A stretch of DNA of 63,506 nt, filler included, from 6 parts of 6 records of this genome joined end to end with filler, not necessarily neighbours in it; one strand, 5' to 3'. Shown: positions 43,695 to 54,803, counted from the whole stretch's first letter. The notes: generated by a model not told the origin, from the sequence alone. Program-made: numbers and translations.

Positions 43695-44900
43695 CTACGA
43701 TTCTGAAAGCAAGCTCGCCAAATACTGCCTTCGCTGTTTGGCCTGCTGAACGCAGCATCCAGTTGCCACAAAAGTCACACACAGAATGCCCACCAGCGCG
43801 CCAACTACGCCCCAGCCATACTCCGGCAGATTATTGATGTCGAACACATATCTGGTACATCACGTTTTACATTGGCAAAACAGCAAGGCGCGTTGAAGAA
43901 AAGATATCCCCGAGCGCTGCAATAGAATGGCAACACGCAAGCTCGCTTTGGTTGACGAACGTTTTAGGTGCGGGGGCTGGGATGTCAACTCTACGCTCCC
44001 GTGAGACCAAGTCAATCCTTGAGCATTGTGTATCGCCAGGGAGATCGCATCCGTAGCGAATGCCATCCTGTGATGGGAACATGAAGCTGAGCTGAAGCTA
44101 CTCGTCGCGAGTGGAATCAATACCGTGGACGGCGTGGAGTTGTGTGACATGCACGACCTTTTGACAACATATGTGCCTACCTTTTCACAGAATGGAGCAA
44201 TCGTGAGTGGTGTTCCTGATCCACCGCCACAAGCACAACAGGCACCAAGAGCGCTTCGATTTGCACTTTTCGCGCCAATGAAGTTGTCGTAGTATTCGAC
44301 ATCATATCGCAGGAACTTCCCCCCAGCACAAAAGCCTCGGGCCTCGTAAACGGCACATGACAGCCCTAGCGTTCCACAGCACACGACCAAGCCAGCAACA
44401 GCAAAGGATTTTTGCCAAGTGGTACAAACCTGCATGGAAGAGAAAAAAACAAGCCCAGACCTCGATACAAACCGTCCCGATCGAGCCAAGGATTTTCACA
44501 TTCACCAGCGCAAGGATCCCCAAATCGGTTGATGTCGACGCATGGCGACCTACAAACAAAGTCGAGCTCCATCTTCCATGGCGGCTGCTTGTCTGTCCTG
44601 TCTCCTCCAACGTAGCTGTTTAGAACGCCAAATGAAAACAACGCAGACTCAACGGGCGAAGACGACTGCATGATTGGCAGGCAACGACGATCGACAACGC
44701 GTTGCAAAAACGGACCCGAGGCTAAGGTTCGCGTCCAACGTGACATTAAAGTCCGCCTCCCACTCATCATTGATGCACACGCACTCAACGCCGTTCACAC
44801 TGTCCACTGGCAAAATGTCGTACATCGGCGTCGCAGCCTCATCATAATTTTCATACGCAGTTTCAATCAAAGTGGCTCCGGAAAGTTTCGCCTGAAGGTT
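43695..44900 (-). CDS. 3' exons of a Cys-rich single-pass membrane protein (5' truncated)
   Basis: Cys-rich exons including ACCACGGG; last exon YGWGVVGALVGILCVTFVATGCCVQQAKQRRQYLASLLSES, stop at 43695-43697. Confidence 0.55.
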
Positions 44901-44974
44901 GATGAGCACACACAAAAAGAAAAAAGAAAAACATTGTCGTCATGATCACAATTACGACGATGACAAATCGTAGC

Positions 44975-45039
44975 AAGAACAGCAGTAGCAACAGCAGCAA
45001 CAACAAAAAAACGACAGCAACAACAACAACAACAACAAC
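44975..45039 (+). repeat. (CAA/CAG)n microsatellite at the contig end
   Basis: Directly visible. Confidence 0.85.
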
Positions 45040-45139
45040 NNNNNNNNNNNNNNNNNNNNNNNNNNNNNNNNNNNNNNNNNNNNTTAATTAATTAANNNNN
45101 NNNNNNNNNNNNNNNNNNNNNNNNNNNNNNNNNNNNNNN
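45040..45139. other. Artificial contig spacer
   Basis: N44-TTAATTAATTAA-N44. Confidence 0.99.
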
Positions 45140-45140
45140 G

Positions 45141-46352
45141 CCGCTTGCCGACGCGATCACGCTGGGCCTCAGCAAATTCAAGAAAATCCTCGAAGTCGAT
45201 TTCGAAAATCGGTGCGTCGTGACACAGCCGGGCGTTACCAATCTGGGCATCACCCAGGCGGTCGAACATGCCGGCTTTTATTACGCCCCCGATCCATCAT
45301 CGCAGATTGCGTGTTCCATCGGCGGCAACGTCGCCGAAAATTCCGGCGGCGTGCACTGTCTGAAATACGGCCTGACCACGAATAATGTGCTGGGCGTGGA
45401 AATGGTGCTGATGAACGGCGACATCATTCGTCTGGGCGGTAAGCATCTGGATGCCGGCGGCTATGATCTGCTGGGCGTGATTACCGGGTCAGAAGGTCTG
45501 CTGGGCGTGATCACCGAAGTGACGGTGCGTATCCTCAGGAAACCGGAAGCCGCCCGCGCCGTGCTGATCGGCTTTCCGACCATGCTCGATGCCGGTAAAT
45601 GTGTCGCCGACGTGATCGCGGCGGGGATCATTCCGGGCGGCATGGAGCTGATGGACAAGCCGATCATCCACGCCACCGAGGATTTCGTGCACGCGGGCTA
45701 TCCACTCGACGTTGACGGGCTGATGATCGTCGAACTGGACGGTCCGGAAGCCGAGGTCGCGTACCTGGTCGAGCGCGTCGAACAGATCGCGAAAACATGC
45801 AATGCCAGCTATGTGCGGATCAGCGAAAGCGAAGACGAGCGTGCGCGCTTCTGGTCCGGACGCAAGAATGCGTTTCCCGCCGTCGGCCGGATCTCGCCCG
45901 ATTACATCTGCGTCGACGGGACGATCCCCAGGAAAAAGCTCGCCGTCGTGCTCGATCGCATCGCCGGACTTTCGGAAAAATACGGCCTGCGCGTCGCCAA
46001 CGTGTTTCATGCCGGTGACGGCAACCTGCACCCGCTTGTGCTGTTTGACGCCAACGTGCCGGGTGAACTGGACGCGGCGGAAGCCATTTGCGGCGACATC
46101 CTCAGGCTGTGTGTCGAGGTCGGCGGTGTGCTGACCGGTGAACATGGGGTCGGTGTCGAGAAGCGCGATCTGATGGGCGCGATGTTCACCGAAGACGACA
46201 TGAAACAGCAGCAGCGCGTCAAATGCGCCTTTGATCCGGCGCATCTGCTGAACCCCGGGAAGGTCTATCCCGAACTTCACCGCTGCGCCGAACTGGGCAA
46301 GATGCACGTACACCACGGCAAGCTGCCGTTTCCCGACATTCCGAGATTCTAG
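45141..46352 (+). CDS. glcD: Glycolate oxidase subunit GlcD (5' truncated)
   Basis: PDPSSQIACSIGGNVAENSGGVHCLKYG, GSEGLLG, FHAGDGNLHP, GEHGVG; frame open from the contig start. Confidence 0.95.
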   Translation, partial: PLADAITLGLSKFKKILEVDFENRCVVTQPGVTNLGITQAVEHAGFYYAPDPSSQIACSIGGNVAENSGGVHCLKYGLTTNNVLGVEMVLMNGDIIRLGGKHLDAGGYDLLGVITGSEGLLGVITEVTVRILRKPEAARAVLIGFPTMLDAGKCVADVIAAGIIPGGMELMDKPIIHATEDFVHAGYPLDVDGLMIVELDGPEAEVAYLVERVEQIAKTCNASYVRISESEDERARFWSGRKNAFPAVGRISPDYICVDGTIPRKKLAVVLDRIAGLSEKYGLRVANVFHAGDGNLHPLVLFDANVPGELDAAEAICGDILRLCVEVGGVLTGEHGVGVEKRDLMGAMFTEDDMKQQQRVKCAFDPAHLLNPGKVYPELHRCAELGKMHVHHGKLPFPDIPRF

Positions 46353-46363
46353 ACGACGACGCC

Positions 46364-47602
46364 ATGACCGATACGCTGAAACCGGAAAACGAAGGCCAGA
46401 TACTGGACGCCATCCAGTGGGCGGTTTCGGAAAAAACTCCGCTGGAAGTCGTTGCCGGCGGCACGAAACGCGCTTTCGGACGGCCGATGCAGACGGCGGC
46501 GACGCTGGACCTGTCGGCGATGTCGGCGATCAAAACCTATGAGCCGGAAGAACTGTTCATGACCCTCGAAGCCGGGGCGCAGATGGCAGAGGTCAACAAG
46601 GCGCTCGACGATGCCGGACAGCATCTGTCGTTCGAGCCACCCGATTTCGGCCCGCTGCTGGGCACCGACGGCGACAAGGCGACCATTGGGGGCATCGTTG
46701 CCACCAACCTGGCCGGCCCCCGGCGGATCAAGGAAGGTGCGGCGCGTGATCATGTGCTCGGCTTTCATGCGGTATCGGGCCGGGGTGAAATCTTCAAGTC
46801 CGGCGGCACGGTGGTCAAGAACGTCACCGGGTTCGACCTGTCGAAGCTGATGGCCGGTTCGTTCGGCACCCTTGCGGTGATGTCCGACGTGACCCTGAAA
46901 ACCCTGCCGAAACCGGAAAAGGTCCGCACGCTGCTGGTCCGCTGGCGCGTTGACGGGGTGTACGATCATGCGGCGATGAAAGTGATGTCGAAGGCGCTCG
47001 GCAGTGCGCACGACGTTTCCGGCGCGGCCCATCTGCCGGCGCATGCGGCGATTGCCTCATCGGTCGACTACGTCAATGCCATGGGTGGCGGGGTGACAGC
47101 GCTTCGTGTCGAAGGCCCGGCGCCGTCGGTTGAACACAGGGTAGAAGCCCTGCGCAATGAACTGAGGGAATTCGGCAATATCGAGGAACTGCATACCGCA
47201 AATTCCCTGACATTCTGGCGCGAGGTCCGCGACGTTCATCCATTCGTCGGCCGCGACGACCTGGCGTTCGTGTGGCGGCTGTCCGTGCCACCGGCGAATG
47301 GCGCAAAGGTTGCCCTGTCGATACTCGAAACCCTCAAGGGTGAAGTCATGTATGACTGGGGCGGCGGCCAGGTCTGGCTGGGCCTGCAGGCGGTCACCAA
47401 TGCCGGGGCCGAGGTTGTGCGTTCGGTGGTGGCAGGCGTCGGCGGTCATGCGACGCTGATCCGGGCGTCACAGGATATCCGTGGCGAGGTGCCGGTGTTC
47501 CAGCCGCTTTCCGCTGCCGAAGGTCTGGTTGCGGCAAAGATCAAGGAAGGCTTCGATCCGGAAGGTGTTCTCAATCCCGGGCGCATGTATCCGGGGGTAT
47601 AG
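46364..47602 (+). CDS. glcE: Glycolate oxidase FAD-binding subunit GlcE
   Basis: YEPEEL, FEPPD, AGPRR, GGTVVKNVTGFDLSKL, FDP.GVLNPGR. Confidence 0.94.
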   Translation: MTDTLKPENEGQILDAIQWAVSEKTPLEVVAGGTKRAFGRPMQTAATLDLSAMSAIKTYEPEELFMTLEAGAQMAEVNKALDDAGQHLSFEPPDFGPLLGTDGDKATIGGIVATNLAGPRRIKEGAARDHVLGFHAVSGRGEIFKSGGTVVKNVTGFDLSKLMAGSFGTLAVMSDVTLKTLPKPEKVRTLLVRWRVDGVYDHAAMKVMSKALGSAHDVSGAAHLPAHAAIASSVDYVNAMGGGVTALRVEGPAPSVEHRVEALRNELREFGNIEELHTANSLTFWREVRDVHPFVGRDDLAFVWRLSVPPANGAKVALSILETLKGEVMYDWGGGQVWLGLQAVTNAGAEVVRSVVAGVGGHATLIRASQDIRGEVPVFQPLSAAEGLVAAKIKEGFDPEGVLNPGRMYPGV

Positions 47603-47608
47603 GGCAGC

Positions 47609-48904
47609 ATGCAAACCAACTTCTCCATCGCCCAGCTGACCGATCCGAACATCGAGGCGGCCAACGACATCCTGCGGAAATGCGTGCACTGCGGATTCTG
47701 TACGGCGACGTGCCCGACGTTCGTACTCAAGGGGGATGAACTGGACAGCCCGCGCGGTCGCATCTACCTGATGAAGGAAGCGTTCGAGAGCGGCGGCCCG
47801 GCGACACCAAAACTGGCGAAACACCTGGACCGATGCCTGTCGTGCCTGTCGTGCATGACCACCTGTCCGGCCAGTGTCGATTACATGCATCTGGTGGATT
47901 ACGGGCGGACCTTTGTCGCTGAAACCCACAAGCGCCCCCTGGCGGACGCCGGCCTGCGCTGGCTGCTGGCCAAAGTGCTGCCGTATCCGGGCATGTTCCG
48001 GCTGTCGCTGATCGGTGCCTGGCTCGGCCGCCCGTTCAGGAACCTGATGCCGGCGCGGCTCAAGGCGATGCTGGAACTGGCGCCGGATCGCATCAACAGC
48101 CCCAGCAGTGTCGACAGCCCAGGCGTTTTCCGCGCCGAAGGCGAAACGCGCATGCGTGTCGCCCTGCTCAGCGGCTGTGCGCAACAGGTTCTGCGCCCGT
48201 CGATCAATGAATCCACGGTCAGGCTGCTCAATCGTCTGGGCTGCGACGTGGTGATCGCCGACAACATGGGCTGTTGCGGTGCGCTGGTTCACCACATGGG
48301 TCTCGAGGAACAGGGCCATGCCGCCGCAAAGCGGAATATCGCCGCCTGGGATGCCGCCGAACAGGCGCACGGCACCATCGATGCCGTTATCATCAATGCG
48401 TCCGGTTGCGGCACCACGGTCAAGGATTACGGCTGGATGCTCAGAAACGACAGCCAGTGGGCGACGCGGGCACGGGTGATTTCCGAAAAAACCCGCGATG
48501 TCAGCGAAGTTCTCCTGCAACTGGGACTGACCGGTCTTACGGGCGAGGCCCGTCCGAAGGTTGCCTATCACTCGGCGTGTTCCATGCAGCACGGCCAGCA
48601 GTTGAAAACCGAGCCGGTGGACCTGCTCCGCGCCGCCGGTTTCGAGGTGGTGCAGCCGGCGGAATCACATCTCTGCTGCGGTTCCGCAGGGACATACAAC
48701 ATCATGCAGCCCGAATGGGCGGCAGAACTGGGCGCCCGCAAGGCGGGGCACCTGAAAGCCCTGGATGCCGATTGCATCGCAACCGGCAATATCGGTTGCC
48801 TGACGCAGATATCTGCATCCATGGAGGGGCAATCTCCCCCCGTCCTGCACACGGTAGAATTGCTGGACTGGGTGACCGGCGGGCCGCGACCCGATCAGCT
48901 CTGA
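47609..48904 (+). CDS. glcF: Glycolate oxidase Fe-S subunit GlcF
   Basis: CVHCGFCTATCP, CLSCLSCMTTCP and two CCG domains. Confidence 0.96.
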   Translation: MQTNFSIAQLTDPNIEAANDILRKCVHCGFCTATCPTFVLKGDELDSPRGRIYLMKEAFESGGPATPKLAKHLDRCLSCLSCMTTCPASVDYMHLVDYGRTFVAETHKRPLADAGLRWLLAKVLPYPGMFRLSLIGAWLGRPFRNLMPARLKAMLELAPDRINSPSSVDSPGVFRAEGETRMRVALLSGCAQQVLRPSINESTVRLLNRLGCDVVIADNMGCCGALVHHMGLEEQGHAAAKRNIAAWDAAEQAHGTIDAVIINASGCGTTVKDYGWMLRNDSQWATRARVISEKTRDVSEVLLQLGLTGLTGEARPKVAYHSACSMQHGQQLKTEPVDLLRAAGFEVVQPAESHLCCGSAGTYNIMQPEWAAELGARKAGHLKALDADCIATGNIGCLTQISASMEGQSPPVLHTVELLDWVTGGPRPDQL

Positions 48905-49048
48905 TTTTCTGCCGGGGCAGTAGCAGGGCAGTGGCTGGGGTTCGGATATCCACAACTTAGAAAAGTCACGGCACCCGTTACATTATTCGCTTCACGGGCA
49001 CGGGGTGCCGCTTTTCAGAAGACGCGGGCGCGCCATGGGGCTGACAGA

Positions 49049-51049
49049 ATGACCGAAAATGCCGATAAAGGTGTGCAGGCCCTTCTCAGAAGGCTTTTCC
49101 ATAATGTCATGCTGGTGCCGGTTCTGGTGTTCGGGCTGCTGCTTTCCGCAACCGCCTACACCTGGAGTGAAATCAACCGTTACCATCTCCTGCAGCAGAT
49201 ATCGGATTCCAATCAATATCTGGAATTCGTTGCGGCGCAGCTGGGCGCACATATAGATGTTAGGCTCGTACTCGGGGAGCTGATCCGTCAGGAATGGCTC
49301 GATACCCATTCCGATGTGCCAGAGGAATTCACCGCGATCGTCAAACCGAAGCTGCAACGCTTCACGGATATTCAGGCCATTAACTGGGTCGACGCGTACG
49401 GCGTTATCCGCTGGGTCAATCCGGTCATGGGAAATGAAAAAGCAATCGGCCTGAATATCAGGGATTTGCCGGGTCCGAATGCAGCTCTTAGCGAAGCGGT
49501 GCGGACAGGAAATATCCAGGTTTCCAAGCCGGTTAACCTTGCCCAGGGTGGGCGCGGATTCGTGACCTATATACCCGTCTTTGCTGGCGATGAAATTCAG
49601 GGTTTCATCAATATCGTCTTCAGGGCGGAAACCCTGATCAAGGAAGTGCTGCTGACGAAAGATAAAGGTCAGTATGATCTGCATGTCGAGGATGCAGGCG
49701 AAATTCTTTATGAATATCACACAGCTCAACACCTGTCTGAATTGAACCACAGAAAAATCGCCGTCGCGAACCGTGAGTGGACGGTGTCGATCGCGCCGAC
49801 ATCTCGGGTAGCGGAATCGTACTCCCACGCCGGGACCAATCTTCTGCTTTTGTTCGGCCTGATCTTTTCCGTCGCCTTGCCACTGACGCTGTTCCAATTG
49901 TTGCGCAGAAACCGCAGTCTTCGCGAAACGCAGAGCCGATTATCCGATTACGCCGATATCAGTTCCGACTGGTTCTGGGAAACAGACAGCAAATTACGGT
50001 TTTCCTATTTTTCGGGCCGTTTTGAGGAAGTAACCGGGGTGTCGCCGGACCTGCTCATCGGCAGGACACGCCGCGAGGTTGGCGCGCCCGAAGCAGATCC
50101 GGACGAATATCAGGAGATGCTGGAAAAAATGGATCTTCATCTCCCGTTCCGCGATTTTGAGCATGTTCGTCCCAAAGGAGACGGCACGAAAACAAATTTA
50201 TCGATCAGTGGTCGTCCGGCTTATGATGATGCAGGAAACTTCATCGGCTACCGGGGCGTCGGCAAAGACATCACGGAAAGTAAAAGAAACCAGAAAGTCG
50301 TGGCTGATGCACTGCGGGCTTCTGAAGCGGCGAACCGGGCAAAATCCGAATTTCTGGCAACCATGAGCCATGAGTTCCGGACTCCGTTGAATGCCATTAT
50401 CGGTTTCAGCGAGATGCTCAAGGAAGAGTATTTCGGCCCGCTCGGTGCCAAAAACTACAAGGAATATGCCACTGATATCAATAGCAGCGGACGGCACATG
50501 CTGGATCTGGTGAACGATATTCTGGATTTTTCCGCCATCGAAGCGTCCAAACGGCAAATGGAAATAGAAGCTTTCTCATTCGATGAAATTCTCAAGGACA
50601 GCATCCGCAACGTCGAAAAGCAGATGAATGAAAAGGGGCTGCATCTGAACAGGGACGTGTCTGACGGCCTGCCGGACATGTATGCCGACAAGCGCTCCGT
50701 GTATCAGATCATGCTCAATCTGTTGACGAATGCGGTCAAGTTCACCAATCCGGGCGGCAGTATCACCGTCCATGCCGAATGTGATGATGAAGTGTTTACG
50801 TTCTCGGTCAGTGACACGGGGATCGGTATCGAAGCTTCCCAGCTTGATACGATTACAGAGCCCTTTGCGCAGACCCACAGCAATGCCCACATTGCGGGGA
50901 CGGGCACGGGGCTCGGCCTGACCATCGTCAAATCCCTGGTTGAGGCGCATAATGGGACCCTGGTTATCGACAGCGTTCTGGGTGAGGGGACAAGCATAAA
51001 AATTAGTCTGCCCCGCAAACCTGACCTGGAGCAGAAGGACCTCTCCTGA
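49049..51049 (+). CDS. Membrane sensor histidine kinase (CHASE-like periplasmic domain, PAS, HisKA, HATPase)
   Basis: Two TM segments, SDWFWETD PAS, MSHEFRTPLNAIIGF, NAVKFT, DTGIG, GTGLGL. Confidence 0.93.
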   Translation: MTENADKGVQALLRRLFHNVMLVPVLVFGLLLSATAYTWSEINRYHLLQQISDSNQYLEFVAAQLGAHIDVRLVLGELIRQEWLDTHSDVPEEFTAIVKPKLQRFTDIQAINWVDAYGVIRWVNPVMGNEKAIGLNIRDLPGPNAALSEAVRTGNIQVSKPVNLAQGGRGFVTYIPVFAGDEIQGFINIVFRAETLIKEVLLTKDKGQYDLHVEDAGEILYEYHTAQHLSELNHRKIAVANREWTVSIAPTSRVAESYSHAGTNLLLLFGLIFSVALPLTLFQLLRRNRSLRETQSRLSDYADISSDWFWETDSKLRFSYFSGRFEEVTGVSPDLLIGRTRREVGAPEADPDEYQEMLEKMDLHLPFRDFEHVRPKGDGTKTNLSISGRPAYDDAGNFIGYRGVGKDITESKRNQKVVADALRASEAANRAKSEFLATMSHEFRTPLNAIIGFSEMLKEEYFGPLGAKNYKEYATDINSSGRHMLDLVNDILDFSAIEASKRQMEIEAFSFDEILKDSIRNVEKQMNEKGLHLNRDVSDGLPDMYADKRSVYQIMLNLLTNAVKFTNPGGSITVHAECDDEVFTFSVSDTGIGIEASQLDTITEPFAQTHSNAHIAGTGTGLGLTIVKSLVEAHNGTLVIDSVLGEGTSIKISLPRKPDLEQKDLS

Positions 51050-51087
51050 TGCTGGACAATCTTCATCACCGGCACCATATCCGGAAG

Positions 51088-51639
51088 ATGAACCGCTTAT
51101 TTGCACTGCTTGCATTGGTGATGCTGATGGTCCCTGCGCCAACAGCAGCGGATCAGAACAGTGCGCAGCTGGATGAACTGTTCCGGCAGTTGCAAAGCGC
51201 GACAGATCCGGCGGTATCCGCCAAAGCGGAAAGACAGATCTGGCGGTTATGGAGCCTGCCGGACGACCGGACAGCGAGCATCCCCTTTGCACAGGGCGTG
51301 CTTGCCATGAACGATGGCCGGCTGAAACAGGCCCTGGCGCTCTTCAGCCGCGTGACCACCGCCGATCCGGACTTTGCCGAAGGCTGGAACAAGCGCGCGA
51401 CCGTTTCCTATTATCTGGGTGATCTGGAAGCATCGGTACGCGATATCCGTAAAACTTTGTCTCTGGAGCCGCGCCATTTCGGCGCCTTGTCGGGGCTTGC
51501 CATGATCTACCAGTCGACGGGGCTTGAGGCGCAGGCGCTCGATGTTCTGATTCAGGTCAAGGAAATCTATCCGACAATGCCGGGGATCGATGAGCGACTT
51601 GAGGAATTGCAGGCAGCTATTGCCGCCAAAAAAACCTGA
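51088..51639 (+). CDS. Exported TPR-repeat protein
   Basis: Signal peptide MNRLFALLALVMLMVPAPTAA; PDFAEGWNKRAT, LEPRHFGALSGL. Confidence 0.88.
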   Translation: MNRLFALLALVMLMVPAPTAADQNSAQLDELFRQLQSATDPAVSAKAERQIWRLWSLPDDRTASIPFAQGVLAMNDGRLKQALALFSRVTTADPDFAEGWNKRATVSYYLGDLEASVRDIRKTLSLEPRHFGALSGLAMIYQSTGLEAQALDVLIQVKEIYPTMPGIDERLEELQAAIAAKKT

Positions 51640-51659
51640 ATTGGCTGTAGAACATCACG

Positions 51660-51899
51660 CTAGCCAGGCTCGTCATTGGCCGCTTCGGCGCGTGATTTTT
51701 CCCTGCGCATCCTGTCGTCTCGCAGAAACCCGAGAATGCGCAGTGCGCCGGCAAAGGTGAAGGCCGCCATGCCCAGCAGGGCCGCCATGAACAGGATGGC
51801 CTCGTTCGGCGGGGTCTTGTCCGGGAAGACCAGCGGATATGCGAAATAAAGACCGACAAACGCCAGTGGCCAGAGAATGGCAAAGATCAGATACAGCAT
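51660..51899 (-). CDS. Small two-TM hypothetical protein
   Basis: 79 aa with two hydrophobic helices, fills the intergenic gap. Confidence 0.65.
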   Translation of the reverse strand: MLYLIFAILWPLAFVGLYFAYPLVFPDKTPPNEAILFMAALLGMAAFTFAGALRILGFLRDDRMRREKSRAEAANDEPG

Positions 51900-51997
51900 G
51901 GGGTCAGATTAACATATCATCGGGCTTTGCGGAATCCTGCCGGGCAGCTTAAATTGGCGGCCATCACGTATTTTCCATGCGGATCGGGAGACAGGCG

Positions 51998-53389
51998 ATG
52001 CAATCAGCCGTAAAAAGCCGCTTTGACGATGCCCTGCTGGGCGTGTTGCGTCAGATCGTCGGCGAACGGGTGACGACCGCGGATGCGATCCGCGAACAGC
52101 ACGGCAAGGATGAGTCGTTTCACCCATGCATGCCACCGGATGCCGTGGTTTTTGCCCATAGCACGGATGAAGTATCCCGGGTCGTCAGCGCCTGCGCCGA
52201 GCGCGGTGTGCCGATCATTCCTTTCGGTACCGGGACGTCCCTTGAAGGGCATGTGGCCGCGCTTGAAGGCGGTGTCAGCATCGATGTTTCACAGATGAAC
52301 GAAGTCCTCTGCGTCAACGCCGAGGATCTGGATTGCCGGGTGCAGCCCGGTGTGACCCGCAAGCAGTTGAACGAATATCTGCGCGATACCGGACTGTTTT
52401 TTCCCATCGATCCCGGCGCCGATGCGTCACTGGGGGGCATGACCGCAACCCGGGCCTCCGGCACCAATGCGGTTCGCTACGGCACCATGCGTGAAAATGT
52501 TCTTTCACTTGAAGTGGTGATGGCAGACGGGCGCATCATCCGCACCGCCCGGCGCTCCAAGAAAACGTCGGCGGGCTACGATCTGACACGGCTTTTCGTC
52601 GGGTCGGAAGGCACCCTCGGCATTATCACCGAAGTGACGCTCCGCCTCTATGGTATCCCCGAAGCGATGTCGGCCGCGGTGTGCTCGTTCCCCGATATGG
52701 AAAGTGCCGTGAATACGGTCATCCTGACCATCCAGTCAGGTATTCCGGTGGCCCGTATCGAGTTGCTGGACGATGTCCAGATGGATGCCTGCAACCGGTA
52801 TTCCGATCTCGATTATCCTGTGCAGCCGACACTCTTCTTTGAATTTCATGGCTCTGAACAAAGCGTCAAGGAACAGGTCACACAGGTTCAGGCCATTGCC
52901 GGTGACTTCGGCGCCTCCGAATTCAAATGGGCCAGCAAAGCCGAAGAGCGCTCGAAGCTCTGGCAGGCCCGGCATGATGCCTATTATGCGGGGATTGCCC
53001 TCAAACCCGGCGCCAAGGGGATTGCGACGGACGTATGCGTGCCGATCTCCAGGCTTGCTGAATGTATTCTTGAAACCCAGAAGGATATCGCCGACAGCGG
53101 CCTGACCGCCCCCATCGTCGGTCATGTGGGCGATGGAAATTTTCACCTCGTCATCGCGGTGAACCCGGACGATGCCGAAGAAATGGCGCGGGCCGAGGCG
53201 CTCAACGAGCGTATGGTCATGCGTGCCCTGGCGATGGACGGCACCTGTACCGGGGAACACGGCGTCGGGTACGGCAAGATCGGATTCCTGGAAGCCGAAC
53301 ATGGCGAGGCCCTTTCCGTGATGCGCGACATCAAGCGCGCGCTGGACCCCGGGAACATCATGAACCCCGGCAAAATCATACGAATGTAG
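51998..53389 (+). CDS. FAD-linked D-2-hydroxyacid (D-lactate) dehydrogenase
   Basis: GTGTSLEGH, FPIDPGADASLGGM, ASGTNAVRYGTM, GHVGDGNFH, GEHGVG. Confidence 0.92.
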   Translation: MQSAVKSRFDDALLGVLRQIVGERVTTADAIREQHGKDESFHPCMPPDAVVFAHSTDEVSRVVSACAERGVPIIPFGTGTSLEGHVAALEGGVSIDVSQMNEVLCVNAEDLDCRVQPGVTRKQLNEYLRDTGLFFPIDPGADASLGGMTATRASGTNAVRYGTMRENVLSLEVVMADGRIIRTARRSKKTSAGYDLTRLFVGSEGTLGIITEVTLRLYGIPEAMSAAVCSFPDMESAVNTVILTIQSGIPVARIELLDDVQMDACNRYSDLDYPVQPTLFFEFHGSEQSVKEQVTQVQAIAGDFGASEFKWASKAEERSKLWQARHDAYYAGIALKPGAKGIATDVCVPISRLAECILETQKDIADSGLTAPIVGHVGDGNFHLVIAVNPDDAEEMARAEALNERMVMRALAMDGTCTGEHGVGYGKIGFLEAEHGEALSVMRDIKRALDPGNIMNPGKIIRM

Positions 53390-53399
53390 GAAGATCAAG

Positions 53400-54659
53400 A
53401 TGCCTGAAGCCAAAGACCTGCTGCGTCAGCTCGCAGATGCCGCCATCCATGCCGCCGATCCCGCTTCACGGGTGCCGCCGATCCTGCCGCCGGCCCCGCC
53501 CAAGGCCATCGTGCTGGGGGCCGGCAAGGCGTCAGCGGCCATGGCCAAAGCCATTGAAAATGCATGGCCGGACACGGACCTCTCGGGTCTCGTCGTGACG
53601 CGATACGGTTATGAAGTCGCGTGTGATCGGATCGAGATCGTACTGGCGGCGCATCCGGTCCCGGACGATGCCGGCCGTGAAGCGGCGCGGCGCATTCTCG
53701 AAATGGCGGAAAGCGCGGGCGAGGGGGACCTTGTGATTGCGCTGATGTCCGGGGGCGGGTCGGCCCTGCTGACCGCGCCAGCCGAGGGCATCACTTTCGA
53801 GGAAAAGCAGGAAGTGAACCGCCAGTTACTACGTTCCGGTGCCGACATCGGCGAGATGAATACGCTGCGCAAGCATATCTCGGCGATCAAGGGCGGCCGG
53901 CTTGCGGCGGCCGCGCACCCGGCAAAGGTCCTGAGCATCCTGATTTCCGATGTCCCCGGTGATGACCCGGCGGTTATCGGCTCCGGGCCGACGGTGCCCG
54001 ATCCGACGACGTTTGAAGACGCCCTTGCCGTGGTGGCCAAATACAACATGAAGCTGCCCGACAGCGTGCGCCGTCATCTCGAAGCGGGTGCGGATGAAAC
54101 CCCGAAACCGGGGTCCGAGATTTTTGACGGCAACGAGCTTGTTTTCGCCGCCAAGCCCGACAAAAGCATCGAAGCCGCGGCGGCAGTCGCCAGGGCGGCC
54201 GGGTTCGCAGTTGTCGATCTCGGCGATCTTGTCGAGGGCGAAGCGCGTGACGTCGGCCGTGAGCACGCTGAACTGGCGATGAAGTGCAAGAACGGCTCGG
54301 GCCCGGCCAAGGCACCCTGCGTCATCCTTTCAGGGGGCGAGACGACCGTGACCATGACCGGGAACGGCCGTGGCGGGCGAAATACGGAATATCTGCTGGG
54401 GGTGGCTGAACGGCTCGACGGTGTGGACGGTATTTATGCCGTCGCCTGCGATACCGATGGGGTCGACGGCAGCGAAGACAATGCGGGCGCCTTTATTGAC
54501 CCGACGACCCTGGCGCGGGCCGAAGCCGCCGGGCTCGGCGTTGCCCAGGCCCTTGAAGCCAATGATGCGTATACGCTGTTCGACAATATCGGCGATCTAC
54601 TGGTCACCGGCCCGACATATACAAACGTGAATGATTTTCGCGCCGTTCTCGTCACCTGA
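53400..54659 (+). CDS. Glycerate 2-kinase (MOFRL/TtuD family)
   Basis: GAGKAS, SGGGSAL, ISDVPGD, SGGETTV, GGRN, DTDGVDG, TNVNDFR. Confidence 0.93.
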   Translation: MPEAKDLLRQLADAAIHAADPASRVPPILPPAPPKAIVLGAGKASAAMAKAIENAWPDTDLSGLVVTRYGYEVACDRIEIVLAAHPVPDDAGREAARRILEMAESAGEGDLVIALMSGGGSALLTAPAEGITFEEKQEVNRQLLRSGADIGEMNTLRKHISAIKGGRLAAAAHPAKVLSILISDVPGDDPAVIGSGPTVPDPTTFEDALAVVAKYNMKLPDSVRRHLEAGADETPKPGSEIFDGNELVFAAKPDKSIEAAAAVARAAGFAVVDLGDLVEGEARDVGREHAELAMKCKNGSGPAKAPCVILSGGETTVTMTGNGRGGRNTEYLLGVAERLDGVDGIYAVACDTDGVDGSEDNAGAFIDPTTLARAEAAGLGVAQALEANDAYTLFDNIGDLLVTGPTYTNVNDFRAVLVT

Positions 54660-54803
54660 GGACCATTTCTAAGTCACGGAACCGTTATGTTCAGCCGATT
54701 GCCCGTACCTGAGTGAACAGTTACCATGCCTGCGCTGTCAGCGTAGTCTGCGGCCAACTGTAATATTGCATACCGGAAGCTGTTCCGGGTGGGAGATAAC
54801 TTC

